Assembly (NCBI GenBank): GCA_016200965.1
Contig: JACQDT010000026.1
Coordinates: forward strand, 1-61,683
Direction of reading: 5' to 3'
DNA: 61,683 nt
Source: Candidatus Azambacteria bacterium
Lineage (GTDB): Bacteria; Patescibacteriota; Minisyncoccia; GWC2-36-17; WO2-46-25
Shown here: in pieces, positions 51,550 through 59,978 of the stretch
How the letters are laid out: every line of letters begins with the position of its first letter
How positions within the stretch are numbered: the stretch's first letter is position 1
Translations under genes and position numbers: made by a program
The notes under the pieces: model-generated
Seen by the model: only the letters and a program-made list of their open reading frames with translations
Told to the model about the DNA's origin: nothing
Database searches by the model: none

Positions 51550-52200
51550 CTAGATATCAACTTGGATATTTTTTTGCAATTTATGCATCTCATTTTTAAT
51601 CTCGTCAATAACCTCGGAGTTGTGAATTCTTTTTTTATCGCCCTCTTTGATTGAAATAACATAGAAAACTTTACCGCCGTATTTTTCTGTGAATTTTTTG
51701 TGTGTTTTTTCTTGCAATTGTCTTTCTTTAAATATTTGCGAAATATGGGAAACGCCGCTTGCGGGTTTAATCTGGAGACCGATACACTTCCCATTTAATT
51801 TTATAAAGAAATCAACATTATACCCTCTATCCCATTCATCGGGGGCTGGTTCGATTTTTACGCCCAACATTTCCTGCAATTGTCCGTAAATAGTCGCTTT
51901 TTCCGTCATATACCCATCAAACGTTCTCTTGATAACCAAGTCAAAGATATAAGCGATACAATCTCCTTCTGTGATAGTTTCAACTTCCGAGGCAATAACC
52001 TCCGTTATTTTTACATAGAGCTTTTTGCCTAAATCAACAATGTGTTCTTTGGGTTTAACATTTTTGAAATAATAACCTTCCCAATCTTTAATTGTTTTGG
52101 GCGAGCATTTTCTTATTTCTTCGGAAACAGCCCCAACATTTCTTTTGAAATTCAATTGAAACCTGTTTGTCGCCGAATTTAAAATCCATTCTTTCGCCAT
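51550..52200 (-). CDS. Putative type II restriction endonuclease (PD-(D/E)xK-like)
   Basis: 216 aa and AT-rich. It lies immediately downstream of, and co-oriented with, a DNA methyltransferase. A candidate catalytic stretch is YNVDFFIKLNGKCIGLQIKP. Confidence 0.5.
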   Translation of the reverse strand: MAKEWILNSATNRFQLNFKRNVGAVSEEIRKCSPKTIKDWEGYYFKNVKPKEHIVDLGKKLYVKITEVIASEVETITEGDCIAYIFDLVIKRTFDGYMTEKATIYGQLQEMLGVKIEPAPDEWDRGYNVDFFIKLNGKCIGLQIKPASGVSHISQIFKERQLQEKTHKKFTEKYGGKVFYVISIKEGDKKRIHNSEVIDEIKNEMHKLQKNIQVDI

Positions 52201-52201
52201 A

Positions 52202-53488
52202 TTATTGTTGTAGTAGATTTAAAAATTTTAATTTATATTTATAATCAAATTTATCATCAACATTCACGAAGCCGGTTTTTATCAAATGTGCATTGACAAA
52301 AGTTTTATTTTGCAAATATAAATAGCAGAGCAAATTATTTTCGCTATCGTATTTTGAGTTATCAAACCTCATAAAAACTCTTTGATTTTTCAATTTTGCT
52401 TGTAAAAATTCCGTTGCCTTATGAAGCGTTTCCCTTTTCGCCTTCACACCGATTAATCTAATCGCCAAATCATTATTTAATAAAATCTTTTCCGGGTTAA
52501 TAATTTGTTTCACAGAATATAAATCAACCTTTTCGTTATCTACGGAATCGATTTTTGAGCCAAATTTCAATTTTTTAGGGTCAATCTTTCTGCTAAATTT
52601 TATTGCATCCTTAAAAATATATGGTAGCTTTGAAATTTCTTTTTTAAAATCTGTGGTTTTATTTTTCTGTTCTATAACCTCAAAGTGTACGCTCTTAAAT
52701 AAATCTGCCTTATCTGTTCCGATTTTTTCTTTTATTATCTGTAGGAATTCCTTATTTATTTCAAAACCAACGGAGTTGCGCTCTAAATTTTTTGCCACAA
52801 GGGTGGTTGTGCCGCTTCCCAAAAACGGGTCCAAAACCGTATCACCCGCAAAGCTAAACATTTTAATGAGCCGTTTGGGCAATTCTTCGGGAAACATTGC
52901 CAAATGCTTGTCTTGTTTTGCGCCATTAAAATTCCAATGTCCGGTAAAATACTGGTTCCATTCTTCTTTGGACATCTTGGATTTTTCTTTTACTTCTTTT
53001 GATGCCGTAGGCGCTTCTCCTGTTTTTTTAAAAATTAAAATAAACTCGTAATCTAGTTTAATAATTCCATTTCTCGGATAGGGAAAACTGCCCATTATGG
53101 TTGCTCCGCCGGTAGTATTCATCGTGGTAGCTTTCTGCCAAATGACGGCCCCCATATAATCAAATCCTATGGTTTCACAAAATTTTATTATTTCCGTTCT
53201 GATTGGGATAACTTTGTATCTTCCATAATAAACCGATCTCGCAAATTGATCGCCGATATTTATACAAAGACGGCACCCGTCATGTAAAACCCTCTCACAT
53301 TCTTTCCAGACCAAATTAAGATTATTGATATACTCTTCATAGCTATCATTAAAACCAATCTGATTCAGAGAACCATAATCTTTTAACTGCCAATAGGGCG
53401 GTGAAGTAATCACAAGATGAACGGATTTGTTTTGCAATTCCGCCATATCGCGGGAATCACCAATTATAATTTTGTGATTGGTTTTCAT
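52202..53488 (-). CDS. DNA methyltransferase (beta class, SPPY motif IV; N4-cytosine or N6-adenine) with an SNase-like C-terminal extension
   Basis: Motif IV VITSPPYW precedes motif I VLDPFLGSGTT. The C-terminal IRLIGVKAKRETLHKATEFLQAKLKNQRVFMRFD...LLCYLYLQNKTFVNAHLIKTGF resembles a thermonuclease fold with altered catalytic positions. Confidence 0.8.
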   Translation of the reverse strand: MKTNHKIIIGDSRDMAELQNKSVHLVITSPPYWQLKDYGSLNQIGFNDSYEEYINNLNLVWKECERVLHDGCRLCINIGDQFARSVYYGRYKVIPIRTEIIKFCETIGFDYMGAVIWQKATTMNTTGGATIMGSFPYPRNGIIKLDYEFILIFKKTGEAPTASKEVKEKSKMSKEEWNQYFTGHWNFNGAKQDKHLAMFPEELPKRLIKMFSFAGDTVLDPFLGSGTTTLVAKNLERNSVGFEINKEFLQIIKEKIGTDKADLFKSVHFEVIEQKNKTTDFKKEISKLPYIFKDAIKFSRKIDPKKLKFGSKIDSVDNEKVDLYSVKQIINPEKILLNNDLAIRLIGVKAKRETLHKATEFLQAKLKNQRVFMRFDNSKYDSENNLLCYLYLQNKTFVNAHLIKTGFVNVDDKFDYKYKLKFLNLLQQ

Positions 53489-53506
53489 ATCGCTTATATA
53501 ATTATA

Positions 53507-55369
53507 TCACATCCTCTCAAGCGTTTTGATGCCAAGCAGATGAAGCCCATTTTTGATGACGTGCGCAGTCGAACTCACCAGCAACAGCCGCGTGGTTTTA
53601 GTATCACCTTCTGCATTCAGCACGGAATCCTCGTTGTAAAAACGGTTGAAATCCTGCGCGAGCGCGTTTAGATATGTCGCCAGAATATGCGGGTGATCGC
53701 CTGCCGTGCATTCACGTATCGTTTCCGGAAACCGCGCAATGCGCCGTATGAGTTTTGCTTCCCACTGCGTGGTAATGCTTGTGTGCGCCGCATCTGCTTC
53801 AGAAATGGTTTTTTCCGCTTTCCGTAAAATGCTCATCGCCCGCGCGTACACATATTGAAGATAGGGCGCGCTTGCTCCCTCCAAACTCAACGCCTTTTCC
53901 CACGTGAATATAATGTCTTTTTCTCTTGACTGCGAAAGGTCGCTGTAGATGACCGCGCCGATGCCGACGGCGCGGGCAATGTCCTTTTTCTCCGCTTCCG
54001 AAAGTTCGGGATTCTTTTGTGATACAATGTCATACGCACGCCGTTTCGCTTCCTCGATCAGATCCTCCAAAAAGACCGCTCTCCCCTCGCGCGTGGACAT
54101 TTTTCCTTCGGGAAGCGATATGAGCCCGAACGGGTCGTGCCGAAAAAGTTTTTTGTCGTGCCCCAAACGTTCAAGCGTCGCGAACACCTGCTTGAAATGC
54201 AACGTTTGCTCCCCGCCCACCACGTAGATTATCTTTTCCGGGGCGAATTCTTTGAGCCGGAACTCCGCCGCGGCGATATCGCGCGTGGCGTACAGCGACG
54301 AACCGTCCTTTTTCTGCAGAAGATACGAAGGAAGCTTCTCTTCTTCAAAATTCACCGCCACGGAACCATCATCGTTTTTAACCGCCGCTTTTTCTTTCAG
54401 TGACCTCTCAATCACGGCCGCAAGTTTTCTCTGATAAAAACTCTCGCCGAGCACCAGATCAATATCCACCCCCAACGCACGATAGATGCCGTCAAATTCG
54501 GAGACGCTCATAATACAAAACTCAAGCCACATGGACACAAGCTCCGGATCACCTTCCTCCAGCTTCTTGAACGCTTCGCGCGCTCTTTCCTCAAGTGCAA
54601 GGTCTTTTTCCGCCTCCTCATGAAACTTTACATACAAGCGGAGCATTTCCTTTATAGGGTCTTTCTTGAACGCCGCATCATCACGCCATCGCTCGTATGC
54701 CACAAGCAATTTCCCGAACTGCGTGCCAAAATCACCGAGGTGATTGATGCCAATAACGGCATACCCCTGAAACTCATACAGCCGTTTGAGCGATGCGCCG
54801 ATAATGGTAGAACGCAGATGCCCCACGCTCATCGGCTTTGCAACGTTTGGGTGGGAATAATCAAGTAGGATAATTTTTCTTTTTCCCTCTTGTGATGCTC
54901 CGTATACGTCTCCAAGTTCAGCGACTGCTTTGAGGGTTTCTTGCGCGAGCGCATCGTCGCGAAGTTTCACATTGGCGTATCCGCCCACAGCCGCAACGCT
55001 CAACACAAAAGGAAATTCCGCGCGCTTCACGGCCGCGGCAACTTCTTGCGCCGCGGCGTGCGGATTTTTCTTTTTCTCTTTGGCAAGAAAAAAGCAGGGA
55101 ATCGCAAAATCAGCGTCCGCCTCCTCCGGCGGCGTTTCAACCCTCGCCCCTTTTCCCACGTCATGCGCTATGCGTCGTTCAATCTGCCGCTGAAACGCGA
55201 CGTAAGGATACGTTTCGCGATGCGGGTTGCGTGCGGCACGAAGCATGTTTTTTTGCATGCTGCTTTTCACCCGCCCGACCTCTTCCATCCCCAGCTTTTC
55301 TTCAACCGCAAACGCATCCGCACGAGGATTTTTCTTGAGCTCCCGGGCTATTTTCTCGTAGATGTTCAT
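53507..55369 (-). CDS. argS: Arginine--tRNA ligase
   Basis: 620 aa. HIGH-region SHPNVAKPMSVGHLRS and a C-terminal DALR-type anticodon-binding domain ending ...GIKTLERM. Confidence 0.95.
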   Translation of the reverse strand: MNIYEKIARELKKNPRADAFAVEEKLGMEEVGRVKSSMQKNMLRAARNPHRETYPYVAFQRQIERRIAHDVGKGARVETPPEEADADFAIPCFFLAKEKKKNPHAAAQEVAAAVKRAEFPFVLSVAAVGGYANVKLRDDALAQETLKAVAELGDVYGASQEGKRKIILLDYSHPNVAKPMSVGHLRSTIIGASLKRLYEFQGYAVIGINHLGDFGTQFGKLLVAYERWRDDAAFKKDPIKEMLRLYVKFHEEAEKDLALEERAREAFKKLEEGDPELVSMWLEFCIMSVSEFDGIYRALGVDIDLVLGESFYQRKLAAVIERSLKEKAAVKNDDGSVAVNFEEEKLPSYLLQKKDGSSLYATRDIAAAEFRLKEFAPEKIIYVVGGEQTLHFKQVFATLERLGHDKKLFRHDPFGLISLPEGKMSTREGRAVFLEDLIEEAKRRAYDIVSQKNPELSEAEKKDIARAVGIGAVIYSDLSQSREKDIIFTWEKALSLEGASAPYLQYVYARAMSILRKAEKTISEADAAHTSITTQWEAKLIRRIARFPETIRECTAGDHPHILATYLNALAQDFNRFYNEDSVLNAEGDTKTTRLLLVSSTAHVIKNGLHLLGIKTLERM

Positions 55370-55487
55370 ATACCATATCGTATCGCATTTTCCGCATCAA
55401 ATAAAGCTGATTGACATGGGTACTGAAATAATGTACCATCGCGACATCTGGACAGAAGGATTGCACACTACAACAGGAGGGAACGCC

Positions 55488-56063
55488 ATGATGCAACGAT
55501 ACGTGATGCTCGCGTCCGTGATCTTTTCTTTGTTTTTGTGTTTCGCGCCCAATGCGTTCGCGCTGGAAATTCATCTGACCGAACTTGCCCCAACGAGTGT
55601 TCCTTCGGATAAAAACAGCGAAGGTGCGGCGTTTTGGTTCCAGCTTGGGGACATTCTGGAAAATCCAGCCGAGATTGTGCTCGCCGTCCAGATCACAAAT
55701 GCAGAAAATATGTACCGGGGAGGATTTGATCTGGTGTTTGACCCGAACATTCTTGCGTTTGTTGAAGCAGAACCGGGAGAATTTCTCGGCAATGCCGATT
55801 TTCACGCCCGGGAATCTCTTGCCAGCGATAAACAGTATCCGGGGCAACGCCTCATTACTGTCGGTTATAAACAAATCGGGAAGAAAAGTGTCATGAATGG
55901 GTCCGGCACCATCGCATTACTGCGATTTCGTATATTGCAGAATGGGGATACCGCTCTTCGGCTGGTGCGCCGTGGAATATACACTCCCCAAATTGACCCC
56001 CACACCGAGAGACCGACGTATGTCCCTTCCAAAGCGATAAACGTTCTTCTTAAAGTGGAATAA
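55488..56063 (+). CDS. Secreted cohesin-domain-like protein
   Basis: GGAGGG lies before ATG 55488. Signal peptide MMQRYVMLASVIFSLFLCFAPNAFA. GGFDLVFDPNILAFV...GSGTIALLRFRI resembles cohesin-type beta-sandwich motifs. Confidence 0.55.
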   Translation: MMQRYVMLASVIFSLFLCFAPNAFALEIHLTELAPTSVPSDKNSEGAAFWFQLGDILENPAEIVLAVQITNAENMYRGGFDLVFDPNILAFVEAEPGEFLGNADFHARESLASDKQYPGQRLITVGYKQIGKKSVMNGSGTIALLRFRILQNGDTALRLVRRGIYTPQIDPHTERPTYVPSKAINVLLKVE

Positions 56064-56081
56064 ATAAAGCGCAAAAGAAAT

Positions 56082-56113
56082 GCCCCCGTAACATCGGGGG
56101 CGTTTTTTGTTTT
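56082..56113 (+). terminator. Intrinsic terminator after the cohesin-like gene
   Basis: gcccccg (56082-56088), loop taacat, cgggggc (56095-56101), then gttttttgtttt. Confidence 0.8.
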
Positions 56114-56221
56114 AAGCACACACATTACCATGGCCTATTGACATCATGAAACAGGACGTTACGGTGTAGGCATGGATTGCACATTCCAAAGTTATAAACC
56201 TATGACAAAAGGAGGAACCCT

Positions 56222-57385
56222 GTGGGGAAAAGTCTGAAGGTAATTGCTAGAATCACGGATAAATGTAACCAGGATTGCACCTATTGCTATGTTGACCGGG
56301 AAACCCGACGCACATCAAGAACCAAGTTGAGTTTAGAGTCGCTCTCGCGATTCTATAAGGAAACACTTTCCGGGCAACACTTTGACCACGTCCACATTGT
56401 CTGGCATGGCGGCGAACCGACGCTTGTTGGGCACGAGTATCTGGATCGGGTCATTTCACTTCAGGAACAATACCGGGGAAACGGCGTGACCGTTGAGAAT
56501 TCGATCCAAACCAATGCCACCGCCCTCGACAAACAAATGCTTGAGGTGTTTAAAAAACATCAGGTGGGAGTTGGTGTATCGTTAGATGCTCCCCCTGACG
56601 TACACGCCAGCATGAGAGTTTCGTGGGCTGGTCGCTCCGCGTTCGAGCAAACACTTTCCAAAATCGAGTTGATGCGCGCGCACAACATACGGTTTGGCGC
56701 CATCTGTGTCCTGCATCGACTCAACTACACGCGCTGCGATGAGATTTACGACTTTTTCAAGTCTGTTAATCTCAGCTACCAATTCAACCCGTTCTACAAG
56801 GACGAGGCCACGCAAGACCGTCCTGTGGAGGAGCTTTCCATAACCCCTGAACAGTACGCAGAGGCGCTTATCCAAACCTTCGACCGGTACATTGGTGACC
56901 CAGAGCATACCATTGATGTAACCGACCTGAAAGAAATCGTTCTCAGCATGTTCATGGGATGCAGCCGGAGCTGTCTCTTCGCCGGAAAATGTGAAGAGTT
57001 TATCGGGATTCTTCCGACCGGCGAAATTTACCTGTGCGACCTGTTTTACCGCGAGAACTTTCGCATTGGGCACATTGATTCAATCACTGCCGAGTCAATA
57101 CTCAATGCGGCCCCGGTCAACCTGATACGGTCAAGGCCCGAGCTCCTTCAGCAAACTTACTGCAGGGGGTGTGAGTGGTGGGACATTTGTCGCGGGGGAT
57201 GCAGCTCAAAATCGGCAGCCGTATACGGCAACGCTATGCGCGAAGATCCTTTTTGTCTCACACGTAAAGAGTTGTTCGCGCACATCAAGGATACTCTGTT
57301 AACATTCAAAAACCGAGAGGAGGTGATGGCCCTTGCAACGAACCAAGGAAGCTCATTCAGAATCAGTCCCTGTGGATCAGTTTAA
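56222..57385 (+). CDS. Radical SAM/SPASM domain peptide- or protein-modifying enzyme
   Basis: GTG start 5 nt after GGAGGA. CNQDCTYC (CX3CX2C) at residues 15-22, then WHGGEPTL and QTNATAL. The C-terminal Cys cluster is CSRSC...GKC...LCD...CRGCEWWDICRGGC...DPFC (SPASM-type). Confidence 0.9.
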   Translation: MGKSLKVIARITDKCNQDCTYCYVDRETRRTSRTKLSLESLSRFYKETLSGQHFDHVHIVWHGGEPTLVGHEYLDRVISLQEQYRGNGVTVENSIQTNATALDKQMLEVFKKHQVGVGVSLDAPPDVHASMRVSWAGRSAFEQTLSKIELMRAHNIRFGAICVLHRLNYTRCDEIYDFFKSVNLSYQFNPFYKDEATQDRPVEELSITPEQYAEALIQTFDRYIGDPEHTIDVTDLKEIVLSMFMGCSRSCLFAGKCEEFIGILPTGEIYLCDLFYRENFRIGHIDSITAESILNAAPVNLIRSRPELLQQTYCRGCEWWDICRGGCSSKSAAVYGNAMREDPFCLTRKELFAHIKDTLLTFKNREEVMALATNQGSSFRISPCGSV

Positions 57386-57518
57386 CCCGGCTGATTTTAG
57401 GTCTTGCGATTCCCCTGCTTTGGCTACTATCGCAAAGCAGGCAACCGAAGCGAAAACCGGGGCGGTCGCATGGTCTACAAAAGACTGGAACGCCAACTGG
57501 CAAAACCGGCGAAGTTAA
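57333..57518 (+). CDS. Candidate RiPP precursor peptide (61 codons, TTG start)
   Basis: GGAGG (57319-57323) lies 9 nt before the TTG. It overlaps the maturase 3' end in another frame. The stop is 8 nt before a strong terminator. C-terminus AVAWSTKDWNANWQNRRS. Confidence 0.4.
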   Translation: MQRTKEAHSESVPVDQFNPADFRSCDSPALATIAKQATEAKTGAVAWSTKDWNANWQNRRS

Positions 57519-57526
57519 TCGCCTGA

Positions 57527-57560
57527 CGGGGCTGGAGAAATCCAGCCCCGTTCTTTTTTT
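57527..57560 (+). terminator. Intrinsic terminator of the rSAM operon
   Basis: cggggctgga (57527-57536), loop gaaa, tccagccccg (57541-57550), then ttcttttttt. Confidence 0.85.
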
Positions 57561-57585
57561 CCAACCTACTGATATACTACGTTGT

Positions 57586-58311
57586 ATGAAGCTTCACTTT
57601 TCTGTAGCCAGCAAAAAAGCAACTGCATTTTACTTGTTAGGGCTCGCCTTAAACCACGGGTCTTTTCCGTCTACCACCGCAAAAGAGCGCAAAATGTTTT
57701 CCAAAACCAGTAAAAATAAACGGCTTCCACCTTACATCGTGCCTTCCAGTTATCAGTTGTATGGATCACTGAAAGCATCTATTCTGAGTGGTAAGTCCAC
57801 GCTCCTTGATAGCATTTTTAAAAAAACCTTCAAACAGTTAAACGGTGTTGAAATTCGCGGCGTTACGCGGCACAAAGCAAATGTGCTACAAAAGAGCCTT
57901 CGCATTCTCTACGATACATACAGAGAAAAAATCTCTTTGTTTTTCAAGTGCCAAAAGGTACGGCAAGATATCGAATTTCATGTGTATGTGTTACCCGATT
58001 TTGGTGAAAGAGCAGAATCTCTCCCCAATGCCATCGTCATTGGGGACGCCTTTCACAAAAAAATTGCCTTTGCGGTGGTTATGGAGGAATTTCTTCACGC
58101 GTTATACGGGCGCGGTTTTATAAAAATGGCGGTCTCGCCAAAAACGAAGGATAAAAATCTCTGGGAAGAAGCGGTTGTGGGAACAATTCTCTTCCAACTT
58201 CTTGCGTCTATTGGATATGACAAAAACGTGTCGAAATCAATTGTTTTCGGCTGGCAGAGTGGGAAAAGAGAAAAGTTGGTTGAAAAACTCTTAAAAATCC
58301 TCAGCGAATAA
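57586..58311 (+). CDS. Hypothetical protein (241 aa)
   Basis: The ORF starts 26 nt after the terminator. I recognise no motif with confidence (VVMEEFLHALYG is not a canonical HExxH). Confidence 0.5.
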   Translation: MKLHFSVASKKATAFYLLGLALNHGSFPSTTAKERKMFSKTSKNKRLPPYIVPSSYQLYGSLKASILSGKSTLLDSIFKKTFKQLNGVEIRGVTRHKANVLQKSLRILYDTYREKISLFFKCQKVRQDIEFHVYVLPDFGERAESLPNAIVIGDAFHKKIAFAVVMEEFLHALYGRGFIKMAVSPKTKDKNLWEEAVVGTILFQLLASIGYDKNVSKSIVFGWQSGKREKLVEKLLKILSE

Positions 58312-58325
58312 ATACTATTATCCCT

Positions 58326-59978
58326 TCACATCCCTTCCACGAACTGCTGGACGGCTTCGGCGCTGGGGTTGTGAAGCGGAAGCGACACGTAAAACTGCGA
58401 ACCCTTGCCCTCGCCTTGCGATTCTACCCACACCTCGCCGCCGTGGGCTTTCACTATTTCTCTGACAATGTAGAGTCCCAAACCGGAACCGTCGGCGCGG
58501 AACTTCGTCACCCCCCGCGCGCGGCTGAATTTCTGAAACAGTTTTTGTATCGTATCTTCCGACAATCCGATGCCGGAGTCCCTCACCGCAACCACCACGT
58601 TGTCCTTTTTGCGCTCAAGCGAGATTTTTATGAAACCCTCGGGCGTATATTTGAGCGCGTTGTCAATAAGATTGATGAACACCTGCCGGATTTTTCCGTA
58701 ATCGGCTTTTATCTTCGTTTCTGCGTCGTCAACCGACACCTTAAATTCAATCGCCACATTTTTCCTGTCCGCGGTGAATTTCAGCTCGTCGGCCGCGTCT
58801 TTCAGCGCGTTGAATACCTTCACTTCTTCAAACATAAGCTGCATGCGCCCCTGCTCAATGCGCGAGACGTCCAGCAGATCGTTCACGATGAAAATGAGTC
58901 GCTGGGCCGACTGGAAAATCTTATCCACCACTCCGCGCACCGTTACCGGCGTCTCGCCGTACGTTCCTTCCAAGATCATGGACGAATACCCCTTAATCGC
59001 CGTCAGCGGCGTGCGCAACTGATGCGACGCGATGGAAATGAAATCCGTTTTCAAGTCGTCCAGCTCCTTGAGCCGCGCGTTCGCGATTTGCAGGTCCTTC
59101 GTGAGAAGCTCCAGCTGTTCCCTCTGCTTCACCTCTTTGCGCACGCTCCGGATAAGCAGAATCCCGAGCACGATCAAAAACGCCAGCAACCCGCCGTCAA
59201 TAATCCGCTCCTGCAATGACTGAGCCAACAGCGTTCGTGCAAGCAAGAAAATCCATATCGCAAACGTTAAAAACTCGGTTGCGACAACTCTTACGTCAAA
59301 AAGCTGGTACCGGACAATGGCAATGGCAAGAACGGGGACCAAGATAAATGTTGAGTAGGGACCGAGCCAGAAATAATTAAAGTTACCGAATGTGGGAAGA
59401 ATGAGGTTCGTAGTAGTATTGAAGATCGCAGTAACCGCGGAGGCGAGAAGGATATAACGAAGGCGCACCTCTTCAATCCCGGCTGATACGCGATATTTTT
59501 TAAGCAACATCAGAAATGCCGTGATAAGGGTTAAGATAAAATGAGCCCAGTAAAGAAAGTAGAGCGGACCAAACTCAAAACTGCGGCTTCCGATCGCTGG
59601 ATCAAAAAGCACGTCTTTTATAAGCGTGTTAGTGAAAAAAAGGAGGTAGAAAAAAAGGAGGTTGGGCGAGAGAATAAGCGCAAGAAGCGAAAAACGGATT
59701 GTTGCGCGTTCATTGGGAAACACGATTGCGAACATGAAGAATGAGGTGACAATAAAGCTCCCCGTGAAATAAACGAAGTTGCTCCAGAAACGCATTTGGG
59801 AAAGATCGTATATAAAAAACATGAATATCCCCAAACTCCATAAACCGATATTGAGTACTGCCAAACCATAAAACAAGTTGATTAAACTTTTTCTATTGCG
59901 TGAATAGATAAAAATACCGAAAAGAAGCGAGAGAAAAGAGAGGAGCGGGAGAAAAATCAAACGGAGATCAAGGATCAT
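58326..59978 (-). CDS. Sensor histidine kinase with a multi-pass (about 7 TM) N-terminal domain
   Basis: 550 aa. H-box ISIASHQLRTPL, DSGIGL, GSGLGLYIV. The tail ends AEAVQQFVEGM. Confidence 0.85.
   Translation of the reverse strand: MILDLRLIFLPLLSFLSLLFGIFIYSRNRKSLINLFYGLAVLNIGLWSLGIFMFFIYDLSQMRFWSNFVYFTGSFIVTSFFMFAIVFPNERATIRFSLLALILSPNLLFFYLLFFTNTLIKDVLFDPAIGSRSFEFGPLYFLYWAHFILTLITAFLMLLKKYRVSAGIEEVRLRYILLASAVTAIFNTTTNLILPTFGNFNYFWLGPYSTFILVPVLAIAIVRYQLFDVRVVATEFLTFAIWIFLLARTLLAQSLQERIIDGGLLAFLIVLGILLIRSVRKEVKQREQLELLTKDLQIANARLKELDDLKTDFISIASHQLRTPLTAIKGYSSMILEGTYGETPVTVRGVVDKIFQSAQRLIFIVNDLLDVSRIEQGRMQLMFEEVKVFNALKDAADELKFTADRKNVAIEFKVSVDDAETKIKADYGKIRQVFINLIDNALKYTPEGFIKISLERKKDNVVVAVRDSGIGLSEDTIQKLFQKFSRARGVTKFRADGSGLGLYIVREIVKAHGGEVWVESQGEGKGSQFYVSLPLHNPSAEAVQQFVEGM

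Noticed and set aside
55302-55874. 190-codon minus-strand ORF overlapping the argS start and the cohesin-like gene
   Set aside because: It lies antisense to a signal-peptide-bearing ORF with a good SD and overlaps argS. The translation has no features.
57326-57385. MALATNQGSSFRISPCGSV as a separate 19-aa peptide gene behind the GGAGG at 57319
   Set aside because: The ATG is in frame with, and not separated by a stop from, the rSAM enzyme, and it lies only 2 nt from the SD. It is simply the enzyme C-terminus. The TTG-initiated ORF in the other frame fits the SD spacing better.
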